Positions 30,314-39,758 of a stretch of 64,000 bases of DNA are shown here, piece after piece. Numbering within the stretch: position 1 is the first letter of the stretch; every line of letters begins with the position of its first letter. The translations under genes were made by a program, and so were the position numbers. The stretch is from Waddliaceae bacterium (GTDB lineage Bacteria; Chlamydiota; Chlamydiia; Chlamydiales; SLFE01). Under the pieces are notes generated by a model that was not told where the DNA came from, ran no database searches, and saw only the letters and a list, made by a program, of their open reading frames with translations. The DNA is taken from NCBI GenBank assembly GCA_963783885.1, contig CAWAPJ010000001.1:64001-128000 (forward strand), read 5' to 3'.

Positions 30314-32428
30314 ATGCAAAGAAACACTATATCTGTGTCTATTGGTGATAAAGAAATTACTTTTGAGACCGGAAAAATCGCAAAACAAGCCAACGGTTCG
30401 GTTGTCGTCAAATGCGGAGAAACCGTTCTCTTCACCTCTGCCTGTGCAAACCTAAAACCCAATACAACAAATGACTTTTTACCCCTGACTGTCGATTACC
30501 GGGAGAAATTCTCATCTGCCGGCAAAACTTTGGGAGGCTATCTCAAAAGGGAAGGCAGGCCAACTGAAAGAGAAATTTTAATCTCCAGGCTCATTGACAG
30601 GCCCATCAGGCCAATGTTTGAAAATGGGTACTTTTGCGAAACGCAGATCCTTGTCTATGTCTGGTCATACGATGGAGTTGTCTCTCCGGATCCGTTGGCC
30701 CTTTGCGCGGCCTCGGCAGCTCTTGTGATTTCCGACATCCCCCTTATCAAGCCAATATCCGCTGTACGCGTTGGGAGAATCGACGGGCGATTCATTATCA
30801 ACCCAACAATGAGTGAACAGGAACAGTCGGATCTAGATCTCCTCATGGCCGGAACCGAAGATGCCGTTCTAATGATCGAAGGGTATTGCGACTTTTTGAC
30901 CGAAGATCAGGTTATCGAAGCCATTGACTTCGGCCACCAGGCCATAAAGAAAATCTGCCATATTCTTTCAGATTGGCAAAAAGAAGTTGGAAAAGCCAAA
31001 AATCGCGAAGGACTCCGTCCGGCCATCTCTGATGACGTGTTTTCTGCTGTCAATCAAATTATTGAGCCTGTTCTGAGTCAAACGCTTCGTATCAAAGACA
31101 AGCTGGAAAGAGAAACAGCTCAATCGGCAATGAAAAAGACTGTGATTGAGACATTGTTTCCCGAGGGTGAAGAACCAAAATTCAACCAGCTTGAAGTTGA
31201 ATCGGCGATTAAAGAAATCCAATCTCAATATCTCCGCCAAATGATCCTCGAAGAAAACCTTCGTTGCGATGGACGAACAAACAAAGATATACGTCCGATC
31301 GACATCGAACAGGGTGTTCTTCCAAGAGTTCATGGAAGCTCCCTCTTCACCAGAGGAGAAACGCAAACGCTGGCTGTCTGCACCTTAGGAGGCGAGACAA
31401 TGGCGCAGCGCTTTGAGAGCCTCGATGGAGAAGGTGCCAGACGGTTCTATCTGCAATACACCTTCCCTCCTTTTTCCGTTGGCGAAGTGGGCCGTTCCGG
31501 CCCTCCGGGAAGAAGGGAGATAGGACATGGAAAACTTGCGGAAAGAGCCTTGCAATACTCTATTCCCAGGCCCGATGACTTCCCCTATATCATCCGTCTA
31601 GAGTCGAATATCACTGAATCGAACGGTTCTTCTTCAATGGCATCGGTTTGCGGGGGATGCCTGGCGTTGATGAACGCCGGAGTCCCGATCAGCCGCCCGG
31701 TTTCAGGGATTGCCATGGGGCTGGTCCTGGAAATGGATCGTTTCTCTATCCTCTCCGATATCCTTGGCATTGAAGACGCTCTCGGAGATATGGACTTTAA
31801 AATCACCGGAGACAAAGACGGGATTACCGCTTTCCAGATGGATATAAAAGTCGAAGGGATCACCGTAGAGATCATGAGAGCCGCTCTTGAACAGGCAAAA
31901 GAAGGACGTATTCACATTTTAGAAAAAATGCTCCAAACCGCTCCAACACATGCCTCCGAAATGTCCAAGCACGCTCCCCGAATCGAAACACTGAAAGTTA
32001 AGCAAAGTCAGATCGGAACGGTTATCGGCCCGGGAGGTTCGCAAATCCGCGATATTGTTGCTAAAACCGGCGTTCAAATCGACATCAATGACGACGGCCT
32101 GATCAACCTGGCCTCTCCTGATAAGGAAGGTCTTGATAAAGCCATTGAAATCATCAAAGCCCTGACCGAGGAACCCGAAAAAGGAAAAACATATAAGGGA
32201 ACGATAAAAAAAATCATGGATTTCGGTGTTTTTGTCGAAATCCTTCCCGGAAAAGAAGGACTCTGCCATATTTCCGAGTTTGACAGACAAAGAATCGACG
32301 ACCTCAAAAAGCATGTTAAGGAAGGCGACCAGATCACAGTCAAAGTCCTGGAAATCAATCAACGGGGGCAAATCAAACTCAGCCGCAAGGCGACACTTGC
32401 CGACCCTGCCAAACAAAGTAACAACTAA
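30314..32428 (+). CDS. pnp: polyribonucleotide nucleotidyltransferase (PNPase)
   Basis: RLIDRPIRP, FTRGETQ, RREIGHG, SNGSSSMAS, GDMDFK, KH and S1 domains. Confidence 0.98.
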   Translation: MQRNTISVSIGDKEITFETGKIAKQANGSVVVKCGETVLFTSACANLKPNTTNDFLPLTVDYREKFSSAGKTLGGYLKREGRPTEREILISRLIDRPIRPMFENGYFCETQILVYVWSYDGVVSPDPLALCAASAALVISDIPLIKPISAVRVGRIDGRFIINPTMSEQEQSDLDLLMAGTEDAVLMIEGYCDFLTEDQVIEAIDFGHQAIKKICHILSDWQKEVGKAKNREGLRPAISDDVFSAVNQIIEPVLSQTLRIKDKLERETAQSAMKKTVIETLFPEGEEPKFNQLEVESAIKEIQSQYLRQMILEENLRCDGRTNKDIRPIDIEQGVLPRVHGSSLFTRGETQTLAVCTLGGETMAQRFESLDGEGARRFYLQYTFPPFSVGEVGRSGPPGRREIGHGKLAERALQYSIPRPDDFPYIIRLESNITESNGSSSMASVCGGCLALMNAGVPISRPVSGIAMGLVLEMDRFSILSDILGIEDALGDMDFKITGDKDGITAFQMDIKVEGITVEIMRAALEQAKEGRIHILEKMLQTAPTHASEMSKHAPRIETLKVKQSQIGTVIGPGGSQIRDIVAKTGVQIDINDDGLINLASPDKEGLDKAIEIIKALTEEPEKGKTYKGTIKKIMDFGVFVEILPGKEGLCHISEFDRQRIDDLKKHVKEGDQITVKVLEINQRGQIKLSRKATLADPAKQSNN

Positions 32429-32586
32429 AGTGTCGCTTGCAAAACTCCGACAAAGCTAATTTTTCAGCTATTTAGTTGAGATTTGCAAGCGGCTCAAAAG
32501 AATGAACTGTCCAGGATTTTCGATCTTGGACATTTTCTCAGTTATTTGGTATATCTTGGTTTCAAAGACACAACAAAGGTGATCCG

Positions 32587-32889
32587 ATGAGAATTGATTA
32601 TCTAAATTTTGAAATCAAAGGTAGCAAATATAAAATCCCAACAGCTTCACGTGCTAAAGGGCTCCATTTAACAAAAGATCAATGCCTTGTAAATATAGAA
32701 ATCATCAAAAAGGCCCTAAAAGAATCCTCCAATCTCTCAAAACACCAAAGAATGAAGCTGCATCGACAAGTTGCCCTCTATCGCCGCATGATGAAAAACA
32801 ATAACAACTTCCCAAAATTCAAACAGCAGACAAACGCGAAAGAAGAGCCTTCCTATCTGTCTTATCTGAATCCCTTCGAATATTTCTAG
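32587..32889 (+). CDS. small basic hypothetical protein
   Basis: 100-aa ORF with AAGGTG RBS. Confidence 0.55.
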   Translation: MRIDYLNFEIKGSKYKIPTASRAKGLHLTKDQCLVNIEIIKKALKESSNLSKHQRMKLHRQVALYRRMMKNNNNFPKFKQQTNAKEEPSYLSYLNPFEYF

Positions 32890-33167
32890 TGTCTAGTCTA
32901 TAAAGTTCTTACAGAAAATTGGGTGGGATTTTTTATCCTGACGTTGCGTGGAGATCGAAGTAAACATAGTGATGTTAGTGAGATTGAACGCTTAGTCAGG
33001 GTAGAATAGATCTATAAATATTTTCTTTGAATTTTTCTCGTCATTTGTTATCGATGAAAAAATAAAGGGGAAAAAATGGCAAAATCGCTATTAAACGATC
33101 ACAGTTCAGGAACTAGTTACAGTTCAACAATTTACAAAACTTAAAAACCAAACAAACGGAGACAAAT

Positions 33168-34721
33168 ATGATGATGAGATCAAAAATTCTATTAACTTTT
33201 CTGACATTTGTCAGCTTGGCATCTCAGGTACAGGGGTATATGAATCCCGATCCAAACCATATCACAATTATAGATAATGGAAGAGTCATCGAGATGACTC
33301 CTAACGGATTTGACACTAATCAACCTTCCCAAGACACAATCAACCTTCAATGGGTGTTCGATACTTTTCCAAATGGCGATATCAGTCTAAGTGCCGGCAC
33401 ATTCCACATCAGCACCATGATTGAAGCCGTTAACTATCAAGGAAAAATTGAAGGAGCAGGGAAAGACTCCACTTTTCTCGTGGGACGAGGACCTCTTGTC
33501 GATGGAGATTATGTTTTTCCAGAACTCAATCAGGATTTTAAAACCAGACTCTACCCATCAGGCGTTCCCCATTTGATTTGGTTTCACCCATCGCAAGGGG
33601 CTGCCAATGATTGGGTTACAAATAAAGTGGATTTAGAAATCAAGGATTTGACAATTCGTCTGGATGGAGTCGGTCCCGCCATCACTTATTTTGGCGTTCC
33701 GGTAAGATCCATTTGGTCTCTTCTCATTATCACAGGAAGCAATGCCGTTATTACAGAGGCTTCCGGCAACGTTTCTCATGTTGACTTGGAGCTGAAAGAT
33801 GTTAACTTACAGGCTCAGGAAGTTTCCTACACTCTCAATGGAAACAATTTAAGCAATCCAAATGCTGCTGCCGGGGTACTTCTTTATGGAGGAGAAAACT
33901 GGGTCCCTTCAATTGGGTTGAATGGATATACTGAAATTGATCATGGGCCTGTCAATGCTGTAGTCGACATTCGCGATTGCACTTTCGACCTCTTCCACCA
34001 ATTCGCTATTGGAGTCGAGGCAACTTATACAACGAATCCGGGAACAGGATATACCTTCCCCGATAATCCCGTATTCCCCCCATCGGCTGTTTCAATCAGG
34101 GATAATACATTTAATGGAGTGGGCAGCAGCCTCGGAATTCCGGGATCATTCGGATTTAATACACTCGTCCTGTCCCCAAGCGAAACTACTATCACAATCA
34201 AAGACAATATATTAAATGACGTTGTGTCAAGCGGGATTGGTTTTTTGAGAGGAGTTGCTATTACGATTCCTGAACTCACCTCATTTGCTACAATTAAGGA
34301 TAATACAATCAACATGGTAGCCAACCCATTAAATGGAGCCGGCATCCGCTTGTTCGATTTCTCCTTTTTTGCTGGCACGCCGCTCATTGTATATGCGCAA
34401 GATAACATTCTAACGGGAGGCACCGGATATAATAAACCTCTGATTGAACATGCTATGGGTACTGCGGCAACCTTTGACGATAATAAGTTCTTCGGAGAAG
34501 CCCAATCGGGAATTTCGGCAGGGAATACGATTTCACCTCTGCCGCCAACTATTCCACTTCCCGTTGTTCAAGATACTATCTTCGACAATGATTTTGGCAA
34601 CTTGACTTCTTCAATTGCCAATATCATACTAGGGCCGGCATCCTCATACAATACAGTAACGGTTGAGAATGCCAGCGATGTTCTAAACCAGGGAGTCGGC
34701 AATACAGTTATTGTAGAGTAA
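33168..34721 (+). CDS. secreted right-handed parallel beta-helix (pectin lyase-like fold) protein
   Basis: Signal peptide; ISLSAGTFHI..I, GAGKDST start motif; repeated IRDNTF/IKDNIL/IKDNTI/FDDNKF asparagine-ladder units. Confidence 0.75.
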   Translation: MMMRSKILLTFLTFVSLASQVQGYMNPDPNHITIIDNGRVIEMTPNGFDTNQPSQDTINLQWVFDTFPNGDISLSAGTFHISTMIEAVNYQGKIEGAGKDSTFLVGRGPLVDGDYVFPELNQDFKTRLYPSGVPHLIWFHPSQGAANDWVTNKVDLEIKDLTIRLDGVGPAITYFGVPVRSIWSLLIITGSNAVITEASGNVSHVDLELKDVNLQAQEVSYTLNGNNLSNPNAAAGVLLYGGENWVPSIGLNGYTEIDHGPVNAVVDIRDCTFDLFHQFAIGVEATYTTNPGTGYTFPDNPVFPPSAVSIRDNTFNGVGSSLGIPGSFGFNTLVLSPSETTITIKDNILNDVVSSGIGFLRGVAITIPELTSFATIKDNTINMVANPLNGAGIRLFDFSFFAGTPLIVYAQDNILTGGTGYNKPLIEHAMGTAATFDDNKFFGEAQSGISAGNTISPLPPTIPLPVVQDTIFDNDFGNLTSSIANIILGPASSYNTVTVENASDVLNQGVGNTVIVE

Positions 34722-34865
34722 CACTCTACGGTAAACCAAGGGCCGGCCCCTCAGGGTCGGCCTAGTTTATTTTAAAGGTCCGGCCAACACTGATCGTAGG
34801 AAAAGTCAAATTCATCTTCAAAACCGAGTCCGCGTTCCATCTTGAGTCTAAATCGCTTTCCTAAG

Positions 34866-35908
34866 ACCCTGATTGCTACCTAAACTTGTCGTTAAGGTCT
34901 TTCATTGAATTCAGATGCGTAGACTCGATTTGAAGGCAAGGGTAATCCTTTGCCGATAATCGAGGCTTAGCAGATGGATTCAATGAAAGATTTTAACGGC
35001 AATAGACTCATGTGATAATTCCTTAACCAAAAAAAGGAGTACATCATGGAAACTTATGCAATAACCGTTGATGTCATCAGCGAAGAAGTCCTTCGAATTT
35101 TAGGGGTTAAAGACGATCCTCAATCTCAAATGTCCAATGCAGAAGTTATAACTTTTGCAATTTTATCAGCAAAATATTTTTCTTGTAACTATAAAATATC
35201 CAGATATTTATGTAAGAGATTGCGATTATTCACAACTATTTTAAGCAATAGCCGACTTAACCGTTGAATCCATAAAATTCCCTGGACTTGTTGGAACGCT
35301 ATTTTCCGTTTTTTAGCTTTATTTTTTAAACAAATAAATAAAGATCAAGGTTTTGCTATAGATAGCTTTCCAGTTTCTTGCTGCCAGAAAAATAGAATCG
35401 ATAAACGGAAGATCTTTCTAGAGCGAAGGTTTTTTGGTTACGCAGCTTCTAAAAAGCGTTATTTTTGTGGCATAAAAGTTCATATGATTGTGACGAGTGA
35501 AGGCGAGCCGGTTGAAGTTCTTTTCAAGCCAGGAGCAGTAAGCGATGTAAAGGTACTCTGGGAGATGGAGTTGGACATACCGCCAGATTCTAAACTCTTA
35601 AGCAGATGGCGCCTATAATTGTTTTGATCTAGAGGACATCTTGCATGAAGAACAAATTACATTGCTTGCAAAACGGGGATGCAGAACGAAAAAACGGGTC
35701 CGAACACCTATTGAAGAGAGGGAAATCAGTAGCAAGCGACAAATTGTCGAAACGACGTTTAGCTGTATAACAAATCTTTTTCCTAGAACTTTTAAGGTCT
35801 GCACTGAACAAGGCTTTTTGATAAAAGTATTCTGTACAATTCTAGCCTATAGCGTTTCATTTTTATGCAATAGTAAGCTCTAGCTGAGGTTTAGGTAGCA
35901 ATCAGGGT
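34866..35908 (+). mobile_element. diverged IS982-family element with pseudogenised transposase
   Basis: Same TIRs, 5-bp direct repeat CTAAG; premature stop at 35265 and stop/frameshift near 35600; lacks the right-end nested hairpin. Confidence 0.92.
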
Positions 35909-36299
35909 CTAAGGCAGCTCTATTACTTATTTGAGTCATATCTTCATCAGAAAGGTCAAAATCAAAAACATTGAAATTATCAGCAATGTGGCTTGGATTA
36001 GAACGGCTTTGTTCTCTAATCGCGCCGTTTTTAGTCAAACATTTTCTCTTCTCCATAAAGAATTTTGAAAAAAGTCTCTTTTATCGCCATAACACACTCC
36101 CTTGGTTCTCTCCGGGATCTACTTTGGAGAGCGGTTTTCTCTGCTCTCGTCCCAATATATTTTTCGAAATAAATCAGGGCAGGCTATGTTGCGTGCGGAG
36201 TCTAAAGCTCCAAACAAGGCCGCGCCTTGACCTGATTCAAATCGGTATGTGTTTCTGGCTTAAAAATTAACTTCTCTCCACCATTTATTCTGGCTTCAA

Positions 36300-36366
36300 G
36301 CTCTGCTTTCCTCTTTTTTCGGCCTCTCACCCGGACTTGAAGGCCGAAAAAAGAGGAAAGCAGAGC
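36300..36366. repeat. perfect 26-bp inverted repeat in the IS110 3' non-coding region
   Basis: GCTCTGCTTTCCTCTTTTTTCGGCCT / AGGCCGAAAAAAGAGGAAAGCAGAGC with a 15-nt loop. Confidence 0.9.
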
Positions 36367-36375
36367 GGGGTAAAT

Positions 36376-37434
36376 TTAAGCTGCTACCGGTTCCTTTTTT
36401 ATACTCTCTTCCTTGCTGTCTCCGTACCGGAAGGGTTCGCGTTTCAAAAGCATCGCATGCATGATGACAGCCAGCTTCCTGCCGAGGGCAACTGTCGCCT
36501 TTTTGAAGCCCTTTTTTCTTTGAAGTTTCAACGCCCATGCCTTAGGTTTACACCAACTTCTAGTTCGGCTTAGCATCACAACTGCCGACTCCACTAACAA
36601 CGACCTGGTTTGTCTAGATCCGCACTTTGACACACGACCTAATCTTTGGGTCTCTCCTGAGGAGTACTGCCTTGGTGTTAGCCCCAAAAATGCAGCGACG
36701 TTCTTCGAGTTTTTGAAGCGGGTGTAATCACCAATCGCCACGAGATAGCTCAAGGACGTTAAAACCCCGATACCAGGAATTGTCATCAGCAGTTGGACAT
36801 CGGCGTTGTCTCGAGCTATCGACGAGATCTGTTTCTCGAGGTTGGTTATTTGTTCGGTTAAACATTCATATCCCTTTAAAAGTGCTTCGATAGCTGCTTG
36901 TACGGAGCTTATTTGATCTTGGATGCACTCCCGAACCAGCTTGATAAACAACAACTTTCCGGTTGTAGAAACAGTTAGTCCATAAGCTTTTAAAAAACCG
37001 CGAATTGCATTTTTTAGCTTTGTGCGCTCTTGAACCAGGGTGCTCCTTGACTGAAGGAGAACGCCTGTATCGACAAGCTCTTGGTTTTTGACGAACACCT
37101 CTTTGTAAAAGCCTCCTCGCATGGCATTAGCTATTCCCCGCGCATCATTGGTATCTGTCTTGTTGATGTTCATGGACAGAATCGAGGACATATGTCTTGC
37201 ATCCACGCATAGGACTGGGAGGCCGAGCTTTCTTAGCTCAGTAACCAACCAGTGGCTTAGGGAGCCTGTTTCAATCCCAATCTTATCGAGCTGAACCCCG
37301 GTTTTCAAAAGCTTCCGTTGGATTGATGAGGGGTCTGTTTTGGTATGTCCTTCATACACTACCTCTCCTTGGTGGTCTACGACACAAATAAAAGTCTCTT
37401 TCAAAGATACGTCTAATCCTACATAATGGTTCAT
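36376..37434 (-). CDS. IS110-family DEDD recombinase/transposase
   Basis: GLDVS, IETG, KTDTNDA (DEDD); TIPGIG, GLTPRQYSSG (catalytic Ser), VALGRKL. Confidence 0.95.
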   Translation of the reverse strand: MNHYVGLDVSLKETFICVVDHQGEVVYEGHTKTDPSSIQRKLLKTGVQLDKIGIETGSLSHWLVTELRKLGLPVLCVDARHMSSILSMNINKTDTNDARGIANAMRGGFYKEVFVKNQELVDTGVLLQSRSTLVQERTKLKNAIRGFLKAYGLTVSTTGKLLFIKLVRECIQDQISSVQAAIEALLKGYECLTEQITNLEKQISSIARDNADVQLLMTIPGIGVLTSLSYLVAIGDYTRFKNSKNVAAFLGLTPRQYSSGETQRLGRVSKCGSRQTRSLLVESAVVMLSRTRSWCKPKAWALKLQRKKGFKKATVALGRKLAVIMHAMLLKREPFRYGDSKEESIKKEPVAA

Positions 37435-37622
37435 GGCTGCTTCTCCTTTTTGGTTTTGGCCTTCGAGGCCGTGTTATTCCAATGGAGAGTTTATATAAAC
37501 TACTCCGCGGCGTTTTGCCAGAGAAGCAGCCTTTCGTTTAACTAAGCAGCGCGATTACAATATGTTGCGTAATTAACCACAGAGCTCACAAGAGCGCACA
37601 GAGAGAATATGAGAGATTTGAT

Positions 37623-38567
37623 TTAAGCTGCTATTAATTCACTTTCAGGCATTCCCAGCTTTGTCATTATATTTAGTGCTTCACATTTTGCCCTTGATTC
37701 AGCCCTTTGGGTTTCCAGAGTTCTACTTCTTAAATCATTTCCAAAGAATCGTTTAAATCTAAACATGGCTGTTTCTGCAAGTGATCGACGATGATAACCT
37801 TTCAACTTTTTCCATAATTTTCTTGCATCATCATCACCTCCTAAACCTGAAATTTCCAGCAAACTGATATTCCGCATCTTCCAAGAAGGAGATATGTTTT
37901 CTCGAAAAACAGCATTCCTATTGGGTGGAATAATAGGAATTGAGCCGTGAACTACATTTGCAGCATAGCATCGCTTAGTATCATAAGCCCCATCTCCATA
38001 TGTGCGCTTAACTGATTTCGGCATTACCTCGAGAAGTTTTGGATACACTTCACAATCTGCAACGTTATTTTCAGTAAGAATTTCGAAAATAATTTCGTGA
38101 GAGTCAGGGCAGACTGCCAGATGGAGCTTTCTCCATGTTCGCCTTTTACTGATTCCATGCTGCCTAACTTTCCATTCACCCTCTCCGTACACTTTCAAAC
38201 CGGTTGAATCGATTACAATATTGGTGACTTTTTTTTTCGAAAGTTTCTTCAACTCTTGCCCCAACAACTTAGCTCTCCGACAAATTTGAGTATAAGAAGG
38301 AATCGATAAACCAACAGATAAAATCATAACAAGAGATGTCAAAAATCCTTCGAGTGCTCTCAATGGAAGATGAAAAACCGATCGAATAATGAGCGCGGTG
38401 AGAATAGCGTCATCAGAATAGAGTTTTGGACGCCCCTTTTTTCCTATTTCTTTTGGAGCCATCCACTTATTGATAGCATCTTCAGAAAACCAAACAGTTA
38501 TGCTTCCCCTTTGAATAAGAGATTTGTTATAGTCGTTCCAGTTGCGAATGCGATATTTTGCCTTCAT
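37623..38567 (-). CDS. IS5-family (IS903 group) DDE transposase
   Basis: NWNDYNKSLIQRGSIT.W, IDSTGLKVYGEGEWKVRQHG, RRTWRKLHLAV, GDGAYD, YHRRSLAETAMFRFK. Confidence 0.95.
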   Translation of the reverse strand: MKAKYRIRNWNDYNKSLIQRGSITVWFSEDAINKWMAPKEIGKKGRPKLYSDDAILTALIIRSVFHLPLRALEGFLTSLVMILSVGLSIPSYTQICRRAKLLGQELKKLSKKKVTNIVIDSTGLKVYGEGEWKVRQHGISKRRTWRKLHLAVCPDSHEIIFEILTENNVADCEVYPKLLEVMPKSVKRTYGDGAYDTKRCYAANVVHGSIPIIPPNRNAVFRENISPSWKMRNISLLEISGLGGDDDARKLWKKLKGYHRRSLAETAMFRFKRFFGNDLRSRTLETQRAESRAKCEALNIMTKLGMPESELIAA

Positions 38568-38651
38568 CTTGATCCTCCAATTTGTTGCAACTAAAAATTA
38601 GAGTATTAGGTATTTGTCGGCAAGCTCGCATTCGCCCTTTTTGGAGAAAAG

Positions 38652-39059
38652 ATGACTAGTACCCACACAACTGAAGAAGCCAACCAAAAAAGAAATGACC
38701 TTTTAACAGGGGAAATCATAGGTGCTGCGATTGAAGTTCATCGAAGATTAGGTCCAGGCTTGCTTGAATCGACATACGAAACTTGTCTTTGCTACGAGTT
38801 GAACCTTGCGGGTTTGAAAGTTAACCGGCAGATACCAGTACCTATTATTTATCGTGATAAAAAGCTAGACTCAGGCTACCGGATCGATATGATAGTGGAA
38901 GATAAGGTTATTTTGGAGATAAAATCTGTGGCCAATCTCTTGCCTGTTCATGAGGCCCAACTTCTATCCTATCTTAAGCATAATGGCGGTGGCAGAGGTT
39001 TGCTCATCAATTTCAATGTAAAACTTCTAAAAAATGGGATTAGGCGTCTAATCATTTAA
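38652..39059 (+). CDS. GxxExxY family protein (PD-(D/E)XK nuclease fold)
   Basis: IIGAAIEVHRRLGPGLLESTYE, YRIDMIVE.KVILEIKSV, HEAQLLSYLK, GLLINF. Confidence 0.93.
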   Translation: MTSTHTTEEANQKRNDLLTGEIIGAAIEVHRRLGPGLLESTYETCLCYELNLAGLKVNRQIPVPIIYRDKKLDSGYRIDMIVEDKVILEIKSVANLLPVHEAQLLSYLKHNGGGRGLLINFNVKLLKNGIRRLII

Positions 39060-39758
39060 TTCCTCTCTCATAATCTCTCAGTGAGCTCGGTGGTCTCAGT
39101 GGTGATTTATGCAACAACGCCGATTAGAACTGCCGGGCAAGGGAATAACCTCTTTTTGAATGATCCAGCGCAATGCAACCTGCCCGGAGCTTTTGCCATA
39201 TTTCTTGCCAATTTCAACAAGCCCCGCATCATTAGCAAGTTTTCCCCGATTTAGTGGCCTCCATGCTTGTATTTTAATCTTATTTCTTTGGCAGAAAGAG
39301 ATTAAACTGTCATCGCAATAGTCGGGATGCATTTCATTCTGAACCCATGATATGGGAACACCCACATCAAAAGCTCGTCGAAGATGGTTGATTGTCACGT
39401 TGCTCATTCCGATTTCGCGAACTTTACCTTCTCTTTGTAATTTCTCCATTGTTGTGAGAGTTTCGGTAACGCTAGTTTGACTGTTCGGCCAAAGGTAATT
39501 GGTGATTTCTGAATAAGGTCATTTCCCAGATGTTATGGTGTTCATGATGACTCCTTTAGAAAAAAGAAAATTCTAAACACTCAACTTAAATTGGTCAATT
39601 TATTCGTCGATTTAGAAAGGGAGCCTGGGCAGTATTTCTTACCAGATCTCGAGGCAAGCTGGGCAGGATGTTGCTTCAGATTTGTTTTTAAATGCCCTCT
39701 GGCATTGTCTGATCGATAAGACGAGGGCATTTGAGGACGAAGATGGAGTGACAAACTG

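Larger units (their letters stand above)
36195..37570 (-). mobile_element. IS110-family element inserted in the IS5 terminal repeat
   Basis: TATGTTGCGT repeated at 36185-36194 and 37561-37570; removing the insert restores the IS5 end GGCTATGTTGCGTAATTAACCAC. Confidence 0.88.
36005..39121. mobile_element. composite IS5/IS903-type transposon (captured DNA + nested IS110 + transposase + GxxExxY gene)
   Basis: 9-bp direct repeat GATTAGAAC at 35996-36004 and 39122-39130; ends GGCTTTGTT... and ...GCAACAACGCC. Confidence 0.88.
34772..39548 (-). pseudogene. aldo/keto reductase pseudogene split in three by mobile elements
   Basis: GKVREIGMSN, QVALRWIIQ...PGSSN (39449-39122) continues as SNPSHIADNFNVFDFDLSDEDM (36004-35909) and LGKRFRL...WPDL* (34865-34772); N-terminus deleted and contains a stop. 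Confidence 0.85.

Noticed and set aside
35971-36573. Short ORFs 35971-36270, 36296-36538 and 36337-36573
   Set aside because: They cross element junctions or overlap the IS110 gene and hairpin; likely spurious
38581-38592. TTTGTTGCAAC as an internal IS5 end that would exclude GxxExxY from the element
   Set aside because: Lacks the terminal GGC, has no heptamer array and no matching duplication; the duplication maps to 39122-39130
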